Source of the DNA: a virus
Reading direction: 5' to 3' (one strand)
Virus record (IMG/VR): IMGVR_UViG_3300046525_000085
Location: 1-31,836 of that record
DNA: 31,836 bases
In this document: one piece after another, positions 15,339-23,622 of the stretch
Numbering within the stretch: position 1 is the first letter of the stretch
Layout: the number at the start of each line of letters is the position of its first letter
Position numbers and translations under genes: made by a program
Notes under the pieces: model-generated
What the model was told of the DNA's origin: nothing
Seen by the model: only the letters and a program-made list of their open reading frames with translations
Database searches by the model: none

Positions 15339-16088
15339 ATGAAAAAAATAATTATGGGGATGATTTTAGGCAGTACAGCTATTAGTAGTTGGGCTGCTTG
15401 TAATTATGATTTAAATGGTACAAATGCTGGCACTCTTGCATTTCCAAGTGTAGTAAACCAAAAAGCCACTTACTCAATAGCAGCGACTACAACTCAATTA
15501 GATTATTCGGCAATAAATTCAAATTTTGACCCTAATGCAACTACAATAACAGGCGATATACAGTTTGTTTCGAATGGAATAATTGCTTTTGAGCTAGATA
15601 CAACAGTGATTCCAAATGATTTACCTGGTACAGAAGGGGTTATGCAGTCTTATGTACTTATGGGACTTGATGCGAACAATAAGCAACATGGTTTATCTAT
15701 AGCTTACTCAAATAATACTTCTGTTCAAAACTATAAACGAGCAATTCTTATAATGCAGACTGGGCCTAATGGGAGTGGTAATCCAACAGTACTTAGTGTT
15801 GATGTAAAACCATATTCTGCCAGTACAAATCAAAACATAGGTGTATATATTAACCAAAATTCAAATCAATACGGTTTAATTATTAATGGTGTAAATCAGG
15901 GGTATGTTGGAAACTTTAGCAGTCAAATTAAAAAAGCAATTTATCAAATTGGGGCTGCAACATATAAAGTTCCTACGAGTTCAACAAATATTGGAAAACC
16001 TTTATCGATGGAGTTGATTACTGATCACAGTAAAATGAAAAATGCATACCCTACAGGAACTACAGATATTTGTGGTAATGCAATTTAA
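15339..16088 (+). CDS. Secreted 249-aa N/S/T-rich protein, function unknown
   Basis: Signal peptide MKKIIMGMILGSTAISSWA. AT-rich by eye. Only two mature Cys residues, C21 and C245. SD AAAGGG upstream. Beta-rich composition. Confidence 0.7.
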   Translation: MKKIIMGMILGSTAISSWAACNYDLNGTNAGTLAFPSVVNQKATYSIAATTTQLDYSAINSNFDPNATTITGDIQFVSNGIIAFELDTTVIPNDLPGTEGVMQSYVLMGLDANNKQHGLSIAYSNNTSVQNYKRAILIMQTGPNGSGNPTVLSVDVKPYSASTNQNIGVYINQNSNQYGLIINGVNQGYVGNFSSQIKKAIYQIGAATYKVPTSSTNIGKPLSMELITDHSKMKNAYPTGTTDICGNAI

Positions 16089-16111
16089 TCGATTAATTTA
16101 AGAACGGGAAC

Positions 16112-16132
16112 CGCCTTCAAGGCGATTTTTTT
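16112..16132 (+). terminator. Rho-independent terminator
   Basis: CGCCT-TCA-AGGCG followed by A then T7. Confidence 0.5.
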
Positions 16133-16166
16133 ATTTAGAGCTACACTTACAAGAGAGAGCCAAACA

Positions 16167-16191
16167 AACCATTCTTCGGAGTGGTTTTTTT
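16167..16191 (+). terminator. Rho-independent terminator (TTCG tetraloop), same family as 2567
   Basis: AACCATTC-TTCG-GAGTGGTT followed by a T7 run. Confidence 0.7.
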
Positions 16192-16206
16192 ACACCCAAA
16201 GAAAAA

Positions 16207-16238
16207 CCCCGATGTTGGAAGCATCGGGGTTTTGTTTT
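16207..16238. terminator. Bidirectional-looking terminator
   Basis: Perfect 8-bp stem CCCCGATG / CATCGGGG flanked by A5 upstream and TTTTGTTTTT downstream. Confidence 0.65.
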
Positions 16239-16276
16239 TCCAATTCACAGTGCGAGCAAAGAGGAAAGTATTTCAT

Positions 16277-16396
16277 ATGAATGATTTTATCAAATTGGCT
16301 AATTTATGTCTAATGGAGTTACGAAAAATGCAAGCGTGGCGATTTATAGCAATCCTCTTGACAATAATTGTTTGTACATATATCTGGAAAACCTAA
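16277..16396 (+). CDS. 39-aa membrane peptide (MNDFIKLANLCLMELRKMQAWRFIAILLTIIVCTYIWKT)
   Basis: GAGGA 11 nt upstream. C-terminal TM helix. The longer track ORF (16181) would run through two terminator hairpins. Confidence 0.4.
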   Translation: MNDFIKLANLCLMELRKMQAWRFIAILLTIIVCTYIWKT

Positions 16397-16424
16397 GCCG
16401 ACCCAATACGAGGTCGGCTTTTTA
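16396..16424 (+). terminator. Rho-independent terminator immediately upstream of the tape measure gene
   Basis: AGCCGACC / GGTCGGCT 8-bp stem, T5 run. The tape measure ATG lies 22 nt downstream. Confidence 0.65.
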
Positions 16425-16446
16425 ATGCCCAAAATTTGAGGTCTCA

Positions 16447-19400
16447 ATGTCAAAAAATCTAACTTTTAAACTCATCATGGATGGTGATAGCAAGGGGCTT
16501 GTTGCTGCTGCCAAGCAATCTGAAAGCGTTACTAAAAAGGTTTTTGAAACGATTAAGACTGAGGCAGATCAATTGAAGCAGTCCAGTGCTGCTACAGCTC
16601 TTGCTCTTGGGAATATTGTTCCAGAGAAAAGTAAAGAATTGGCAGATGGTCTAACCAAGTCACTAAGCGGTGCAACTCAGATCATTCGTGATGCTGGAGA
16701 CAATGCCAAAAGCGCTGCAAGTAACTTCACTGATTTTGGCAATAAGTCTGTAAAAGCTTTGGCATTCTTAAAATCAGATTTAGAAAAAGCAAAGATTAGA
16801 CTTGAGGCCTTTTCAAAAACAAAAGCTACTCCTGCAGATATTGAGATTGCTCAAAAAGAAGTAGATCAACTTGAGAGAGAGGTTCAACAAGCTGAAAGAG
16901 CATTTATTGATTTTCACACAGAAGTAGGTAAGGCAAATAATTCTTTAAAGAATACAGATACCGCAGCACAAACCGCACAGAAAGGATTGAGTGGTGCAAA
17001 GTTTGCTGTAAATGCTCTTGCTGGAGCTATGGCTACGCTAGGTGTTGGGCTTGGAATACGAGAATTAAGCCAAGTTTCAGACTCCTACACCAACCTTTCT
17101 GCAAGAATCAATATTGCGACTAAAGATGGTGGTGACTTTAGGTCTGCAATGGCTGGCGTGCACCAAGTTGCTTTGATGACAAACTCAAGCTTGAGTGCAA
17201 CAGGTGACTTATTCACGAGATTGAACGCTGTGGGCAAAGACTTGGGGATGACTCAGCAGAGTTCCCTTGATTTAACTAAGACCATCAATCAAGCAATTCA
17301 AATCAGTGGTGTATCTGCACAAGCTAGTGAGGCATTTACACAGCAATTCATCCAGAGCATGCAGCAAGGCACGCTTCGAGGTGAAGAATACAATTCCATG
17401 ATGGAAAATGGTTTTGGGGTTGCAGAAGCATTAGCCAAGGGTTTGGGTGTCACCACTGGTGAACTTAAGAATATGGCTGACAATGGAGAGCTTGGCGCAG
17501 AGCGTGTCTATAAAGCTCTTCTCAGTCAGAAGGATGCAGTTCAACAAACCTTTGATCAGTTCCCAACAACTATTGGCAATGCGTTACAGCGTATCTCCAC
17601 TAGCTGGGAGATCCTGATTGGTAAGATGGATCAGTCTAATGGCGCGAGTGCAACCGTTGCTGATTGGCTGGTTACGATTGCATCAAACATGGATGTTGTA
17701 GAAACCTTATTAAATGATATTGGTGAAGGCTTTATTTGGGTTGGTGACCAATTTAAGAGAATTGATACAACAACGATCATTGCCTTAAAAACTGCTCTAA
17801 CCAGTATTTATGAAGCGATTAAAACATTAGGTGAAACCCTGGGCGAAGCATTCGTCATCACTCTTGATGTCTTAAATGATGTACTAAGTGGCTTATATGA
17901 TTTCAATAACGGAATTGATGAGGCAAGTTCTAAAACGAATGGCTTCACCAAGGTTCTACAAACTTTCAATGTTGCCATTGGTTTTGTTAGTGATGGGTTT
18001 AAAGGAATTCAAATTGCTGCAAATCTATTTGTTGGAATTATTTATGATTTGGCAGCCGCATGGGTGCAACTAGTTTCAAAGTTCACGTGGGGGGATGTTA
18101 AGCAGCAAGCTATTGCTGATATGGATGCAATGGCAACAAAAGCTCAGGAGTACTATAAGAAAGCTTCAGATGGTGCCTTAGAGTTTAAATCCAAAGGTGT
18201 GCAAGCTCTTGATGAGATCGGTAAAACCCAAGATCAGAAAAATGCAGAAAGTCTGGCTCAATCTAAAGCAACCTTGGACCAAATGCTTGCTAATCAGCAG
18301 TCCGAGTTGAATGGCAAGAAAATCACCGAGGATGAAAAATTAAAGGCTGTTACGGCTTATGCTGAAGCTGCTATTGCTGCGAATAAAGGTGTCATGGATG
18401 GCGTGATGCAGGCTGATCTAATAGCGAAAGGCTATATGGTTACCATGGATCAAGCTGGAAAAGTTTCAGTACAAGCGTTCAACCAAGCCACTGATGGCGC
18501 AAATAACACTGGTAAAGCACTCGTACAAGCACGTAAAGGTGCTGAGGCTTTGGGTGTTGATCTTGATATTGCCCTCAACCGAGTTTCTGAAAAATTTGCT
18601 GCTAACCAAATTCACTTGACCAATTACGCTAATGGCCTTGATGCGCTGGGTTTAAAGGGAGAGCAAGCTGCTAATGCATTGTATATTGGGTGGGAGAAAT
18701 GGTTAGCATCAGCAAAATCTGAAGTTGAGATAGAGGCAGCAAAAGCCAAGCTTCAATTGTTTGGTGAACAAGGAAAATTATCAACCTCACAAGTTGAGAT
18801 GGGAATGCAGGCTGTGAAACGCGCCGTGCAAGAAATTCCCGATAGCCTATCACCAGTCGAAGCTGCTTTTGAGCGGTTAGGGATTAAAACCAAAGAGCAA
18901 CTTAAACTTGCAGCAGATCTGGCCTTGAATGACTTCAATACCATTTTAAAAAGTGGTGCATCTACTCAAGATGGTTTGCAACAAGCATATGAGGAAACCA
19001 TTCGTTTAGCTTATGCCTCGGGCGATGCCCAAGTGATTGCTGCTGCGAATGCTAAGGCTGCTTATTTAGGGCTTGAGGTTCAACTAGACGCCACAGGCAA
19101 AGCCACGGTTACTAAACTGGGTGAGATCCAGCAAGCAGCAATCGAGACTCAACGTACTATGAGCCAAGTCAGCCAGGCGACTTCTCGTGAGCAGCCCGAG
19201 ATCAGTGCTGAGCAAAAGGCTACCAATGACCATTGGGATGATTTCAAAGCCAAAATGAAAGCGCGTACCGATGAGCTGAATACCAAATCACAAGCTCGTG
19301 GTTCAGGTGGTGGAAACGCTTCATTGTTGTCAAATGGCGGTAATTCAGCTCAGCAAATTTCCGCTGTGCCGGATGCTCCACTTATCGCGACTAGTCTTGA

Positions 19401-19557
19401 TATTCAACCAATGGAAGGTATGGAGACAAAGCAAAGTGTGGAAATCAAAATTGATATGGGAACAGGGCAGACAACGACAGTATCAGCGGCACCCGATCAA
19501 GCCACAGCTCTTGAAGAAATGATGCGAGAACTCGAAGCAATTAAAGGAAGATCGTAA
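16447..19557 (+). CDS. Tail tape measure protein
   Basis: 1036 aa, Ala/Gln-rich and helical. Has the lambda-family N-terminal tape measure motif (GTLRGEEYNSMMENGFGVAEALAKGLGVTTGELKNMADNGELGAERVYKAL). Confidence 0.9.
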   Translation: MSKNLTFKLIMDGDSKGLVAAAKQSESVTKKVFETIKTEADQLKQSSAATALALGNIVPEKSKELADGLTKSLSGATQIIRDAGDNAKSAASNFTDFGNKSVKALAFLKSDLEKAKIRLEAFSKTKATPADIEIAQKEVDQLEREVQQAERAFIDFHTEVGKANNSLKNTDTAAQTAQKGLSGAKFAVNALAGAMATLGVGLGIRELSQVSDSYTNLSARINIATKDGGDFRSAMAGVHQVALMTNSSLSATGDLFTRLNAVGKDLGMTQQSSLDLTKTINQAIQISGVSAQASEAFTQQFIQSMQQGTLRGEEYNSMMENGFGVAEALAKGLGVTTGELKNMADNGELGAERVYKALLSQKDAVQQTFDQFPTTIGNALQRISTSWEILIGKMDQSNGASATVADWLVTIASNMDVVETLLNDIGEGFIWVGDQFKRIDTTTIIALKTALTSIYEAIKTLGETLGEAFVITLDVLNDVLSGLYDFNNGIDEASSKTNGFTKVLQTFNVAIGFVSDGFKGIQIAANLFVGIIYDLAAAWVQLVSKFTWGDVKQQAIADMDAMATKAQEYYKKASDGALEFKSKGVQALDEIGKTQDQKNAESLAQSKATLDQMLANQQSELNGKKITEDEKLKAVTAYAEAAIAANKGVMDGVMQADLIAKGYMVTMDQAGKVSVQAFNQATDGANNTGKALVQARKGAEALGVDLDIALNRVSEKFAANQIHLTNYANGLDALGLKGEQAANALYIGWEKWLASAKSEVEIEAAKAKLQLFGEQGKLSTSQVEMGMQAVKRAVQEIPDSLSPVEAAFERLGIKTKEQLKLAADLALNDFNTILKSGASTQDGLQQAYEETIRLAYASGDAQVIAAANAKAAYLGLEVQLDATGKATVTKLGEIQQAAIETQRTMSQVSQATSREQPEISAEQKATNDHWDDFKAKMKARTDELNTKSQARGSGGGNASLLSNGGNSAQQISAVPDAPLIATSLDIQPMEGMETKQSVEIKIDMGTGQTTTVSAAPDQATALEEMMRELEAIKGRS

Positions 19558-19970
19558 TGCGATTAAAACGAAAGTCGACCGGAGAAACCATCCAACTTGA
19601 GGATGGTTTTTTTTGGTCTGATGAAAACTGGTCCGAGATCGAGCAGAACCAGGAGTATGCCATTAGTGGTGCCTTGATTATCCAAGAGGGGCGCAAACAA
19701 GCAGGTCGTCCAATTACATTGCAGCCAGCCAATAAAACTAAAGGTTGGATCAAACTGAGCGATCTGAACACGCTTCGCTTGTGGCAGAACCTGCAGGAGA
19801 AATTCATGCTTCAGTATGAATGGCCACACGACCAACGCGAGTTTAATGTGATTTGGAATCATAAAGACGGTGCGCTGGAAAGCTCTACAGTTAAAGGCAC
19901 TCCAGCAACATCACTTGATACTTATTTTAACGTCACCATGCGATTCATTGAGGTAAGCGATGACAATTGA
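19557..19970 (+). CDS. Minor tail protein (first gene after the tape measure)
   Basis: Start overlaps the tape measure stop (TAATG). Positional call only. Confidence 0.5.
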   Translation: MRLKRKSTGETIQLEDGFFWSDENWSEIEQNQEYAISGALIIQEGRKQAGRPITLQPANKTKGWIKLSDLNTLRLWQNLQEKFMLQYEWPHDQREFNVIWNHKDGALESSTVKGTPATSLDTYFNVTMRFIEVSDDN

Positions 19971-22900
19971 AACTCATAATTTAAAGCTCCTTGAGTCACA
20001 GCGCATTCGTACAGATGCTGATGATGGCGGGGGAAAATACTCAGGTCGTGAAATTGTCGACGGGCAAAGTAATAACCTGTTCAATGATATTTCTGAGATG
20101 GATCGCACCACGGGCCGTACTTCTATCCAAAAGATCTATGCTGCAGTGGATACAGCCGATACCGATGCCTTAATGGGTGCGACAGTATTTATCTCTCAAA
20201 ATGCGCAAGATCCAAGTGTGTCCGCCGTGTTATTTAGTACAGATAGTTGGACTGATGAACGTTCGAGTGCACAAAACCGAATTGAAAACTACTTGGCCAA
20301 GGGTGCACAGATTGCCGGCACACCGTTGGACACGCATTGGCAAGGCATGAAGTCTCTACAAGTGGCCATGTTTCCCCAGGAAGCAGAAAGCGCTATTGGT
20401 ACATCAATTGTGTTGATCTCGAATGAGGGCAAAACTTTAGAAATTGAGCAATACCTGCGGATCACTGAGGTGTCAACACGCACGGCTTATGTGATGGTCG
20501 ACGGCAAACAGGTGGAATATAAGATTGCGACCTATGGCCTGAGTGATGCATTGAAAGCCGATTTTGTGGGGCTGTCTGCAAAGCAGTGGTATAGCGGGGA
20601 AAAGAGTACCACCATCATTCGTGATACCATTGTGGCGGATACAGGTAAGTATTACTCCAGTGCCAATCTCAAAGAAGCTGCACAAGTCGGTGATTATTCT
20701 GTGGTTGCAGAGGATGTCTATACGCAGTTGGTTCCCTCGGCTCAGACTGAAACCCCCATGGTGAATATCAATGCTGCAGGTGATTCTGTGGCCTTGGTAA
20801 AAGCCAAGAATGGTGTGCTAAGCAAGACTTTCAATAATGTTGCTATTAATACTGTGTCGAGCTTATATCTCGGCTCGTCTGTCATGCCGAAATCCGTAGA
20901 GTTCACTTTGTTTGGTTCAGCGATTACAGACGTCGGCGGTGAACTTAAAAATGCCGCTGGTACATCCATTGGCACTATCAACTATCAAAACGGCTCGATT
21001 GTGTGGAATGCAAGCGCGGGGACAGGAACTACCAACCTCACGATTAACTTTATGCCTGCAGCAGCGGTGACAGCCCCTGTTGAGTCTGATCTGATTTATG
21101 TGAATCAGGAGAACATCGGTTTTAACTGGATCCGTAACTTGGTTCCGTTGCCATCACCGGGCAGTTTGCAAGTCTCGTACTTGGTTCAGAATCAGGTCTA
21201 CACACTTCGAGACAATGGTGCTGGGCAATTACGCGGTGCTGATTCATCCTTTGGTTCAGGCAGTATCGATTACGATACGGGTACTATGGTGCTCACGACA
21301 GGTGAACTCGCTGATGTCGGCAGTGCAATCCTGATGACCTGGAGCAATATGATCACAGCCCAAGAGCGTTCAGGATTAACCATCAATAAGGCTTATGTTG
21401 AAATCCCTGTGAATGACTCGATTGTGGCTGGTACCTTAACGGTTAACTGGTTATTAAATGGTGTGGCCAAGTCAGCAAGCGATAACGGCCAAGGGCAATT
21501 CATAGGGGATGCCGCAGGTACGATTGACTATGCGGATGGTGTAGCGAAGCTGATGCCGACCTTATTACCCAATGGTGGTACCACATTTAATGTATCAGGT
21601 CAGAAAGGAACCAAGTCTTCAATTCAAGTGACTGCGGTACCGACTAGTGGCAGCATCTCAATTGAATTGGATAATGGTTCTGCTGCGTTGATCCCCAAGT
21701 CTGTGAAAGTCCGTGTACCAGTCAAGTATATGGGTTATTCAGGTGAAGTTGAGCTGCGTGATATGCCGATTGACGCCACCACAGGGCGTTTAATCAATGG
21801 TGCAGGTCAGCAACAAGGCACCATTAACTATTCATCTCGGACCATGAATATCACCCCAAGCACCACACTTGAAGCGATCGAACGCGAGAAGATTATGCAG
21901 CCGTTTTATGGCAAATATAACACCTCTCAAGAAGCGATTGCTGCAGGCTTACTGGGAATGACGATTAAGTATGAAAATACCAGTGAGACGCATACTTTAA
22001 GCCTGAATGAAGTGGCGACTTCGGTGACGGTGAGTATCTCGTATCGTGATAGTTCAGCGTCTCAATCGTGGTCGGATACCGTCATTGGTTCTGTGCTAAA
22101 AACGGATTTGACCGAAGGTTTTGCTGAGCAGATTCTTGCAGGTTCGGTTCGCTTCACCTTAGCCAGCTCAACTTATGTCGATAAACTCGGATCGCTTTAC
22201 CGCAACCCATCAGTGACCACGGGTGCAGGAACGGTAGCTGGTCAGATCCATTATGGAAATGGAGCCGTAGAGTTATCCGCTTGGGATGTAGGTGGAGCGA
22301 ATAATCCGACCTTAGAGACCTTGGTGACTCAACTGGAAAGCGTGCAGACTAACCAAGTCTCATACCGTGCACCGATGATTCCTATCCGGGCGCAGTCCTT
22401 AACTTTGTCCGCAACCAAGGTGGAGGGTGGGGTATTGAATATCACCCCTGATGGCTCAGGTACCATTGATACAGCAGAGTGTGATGGTTTCTTTAACTTT
22501 GATCAGGGCTATGGTCAGTTTGTTTTTCGTCAAAAGATTGAAGTGACTTCTGCCAACCGTGCTGAAATTATGGCGCAGGATTGGTATGTAGCTGAGCTGG
22601 AATATAGCAAGGATGGCAAGCAGTGGATTCACAAGCCGATTATGGTCCTGCCTGAAACCATCAAATACAGCGCAGTCGGTTATAGCTATATCCCGATTGA
22701 TGCTGAGTTGTTGGGCTTGTCTGCAGTGCGTTTACCGATCGATGGTCGGGTACCGATTTTCCGATCAGGAGAGATTGGGATCGTGAGTGCAAGTAAGTCG
22801 CAGGAATTACCTGATTATATTGCTGGCCAAACCTACCCATTGAATGATGCACGGATCTCTTGGTGTGAACTTGAAGATGCGGATGGTATTAAAATTCCAT

Positions 22901-23571
22901 TTGATCTGTACGTGGTTGATTATGACTACGGCAAAGTGACTTTAAGCGGTGATTTTGCTTTGGGCAATCTCACTGGACCACTGACAGCCAAGTATCGCTA
23001 CCAAGATATGGGTTTAGTCCGTGATGTCAAAATCAATGGTCAAGTGACTTTCACCAAGCCTTTGACGCACAACTATGATCCTGCTCACACCATAGTCGGC
23101 TCAGCACTGGTGATTGGTGATATGCAGGCGCGTTATACCCGTAAGTTTGTGCAATCGTCGTGGGATAGTATTTGGAAGGACGAGGCAGTGGGTGCAGCCA
23201 TCTCAGCCAATTACAACGACACACTGTATCCGATTGCTGTCACCAATCAGGGCAATATTCAGGAGCGTTGGGCATTAGTCTTCACAGGCAATACCTCTTT
23301 CCGAATCATTGGTGAAACTTCTGGCCAGATTGGAACGGGTGTGACGACGGATGATTGTTCACCCATGAATCCAGTGACCAATGCACCATACTTCACCATT
23401 AAAAAGGAAGGTTGGGGTAATGGTTGGGCGAGTGGTAACGTGCTGCGTTTTAACACCATTGCAGGCAATCATCCGATCTGGGTGATTCGCACAGTGAAGC
23501 AGTCTGAACCTACAGTGTTGTCTGATTCATTCCAAATCATGCTGCGCGGTGATATTGACCGAGTTGCATAA
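19960..23571 (+). CDS. Large tail-tip structural protein (1203 aa)
   Basis: Size and position after the tape measure gene. Beta-rich G/S/T/N composition. Overlapping start. Family not identified. Confidence 0.6.
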   Translation: MTIETHNLKLLESQRIRTDADDGGGKYSGREIVDGQSNNLFNDISEMDRTTGRTSIQKIYAAVDTADTDALMGATVFISQNAQDPSVSAVLFSTDSWTDERSSAQNRIENYLAKGAQIAGTPLDTHWQGMKSLQVAMFPQEAESAIGTSIVLISNEGKTLEIEQYLRITEVSTRTAYVMVDGKQVEYKIATYGLSDALKADFVGLSAKQWYSGEKSTTIIRDTIVADTGKYYSSANLKEAAQVGDYSVVAEDVYTQLVPSAQTETPMVNINAAGDSVALVKAKNGVLSKTFNNVAINTVSSLYLGSSVMPKSVEFTLFGSAITDVGGELKNAAGTSIGTINYQNGSIVWNASAGTGTTNLTINFMPAAAVTAPVESDLIYVNQENIGFNWIRNLVPLPSPGSLQVSYLVQNQVYTLRDNGAGQLRGADSSFGSGSIDYDTGTMVLTTGELADVGSAILMTWSNMITAQERSGLTINKAYVEIPVNDSIVAGTLTVNWLLNGVAKSASDNGQGQFIGDAAGTIDYADGVAKLMPTLLPNGGTTFNVSGQKGTKSSIQVTAVPTSGSISIELDNGSAALIPKSVKVRVPVKYMGYSGEVELRDMPIDATTGRLINGAGQQQGTINYSSRTMNITPSTTLEAIEREKIMQPFYGKYNTSQEAIAAGLLGMTIKYENTSETHTLSLNEVATSVTVSISYRDSSASQSWSDTVIGSVLKTDLTEGFAEQILAGSVRFTLASSTYVDKLGSLYRNPSVTTGAGTVAGQIHYGNGAVELSAWDVGGANNPTLETLVTQLESVQTNQVSYRAPMIPIRAQSLTLSATKVEGGVLNITPDGSGTIDTAECDGFFNFDQGYGQFVFRQKIEVTSANRAEIMAQDWYVAELEYSKDGKQWIHKPIMVLPETIKYSAVGYSYIPIDAELLGLSAVRLPIDGRVPIFRSGEIGIVSASKSQELPDYIAGQTYPLNDARISWCELEDADGIKIPFDLYVVDYDYGKVTLSGDFALGNLTGPLTAKYRYQDMGLVRDVKINGQVTFTKPLTHNYDPAHTIVGSALVIGDMQARYTRKFVQSSWDSIWKDEAVGAAISANYNDTLYPIAVTNQGNIQERWALVFTGNTSFRIIGETSGQIGTGVTTDDCSPMNPVTNAPYFTIKKEGWGNGWASGNVLRFNTIAGNHPIWVIRTVKQSEPTVLSDSFQIMLRGDIDRVA

Positions 23572-23587
23572 TCTTTAATTCAAATAT

Positions 23588-23609
23588 GACCGCTTCGGCG
23601 GTCTTTTTT
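23588..23609 (+). terminator. Rho-independent terminator (TTCG tetraloop)
   Basis: GACCGC-TTCG-GCGGTC followed by T6. The next ATG lies 13 nt downstream. Confidence 0.75.
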
Positions 23610-23622
23610 ATGGGTAATCATA

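Noticed and set aside
16181-16276. 71-aa version of the peptide ORF upstream of the tape measure gene
   Set aside because: It would be translated through two strong terminator hairpins (16167-16191, 16207-16238). Only the distal 39 codons follow an SD.
975-23615. Recurrent T-run followed by A(A)TGG(G) after several terminators (975, 2583, 8624, 15114, 23604) as a novel motif
   Set aside because: Most cases are explained by an SD-like GGG or GGAG and the start codon of the next gene packed directly after the terminator. I used this observation in the antitermination finding instead.
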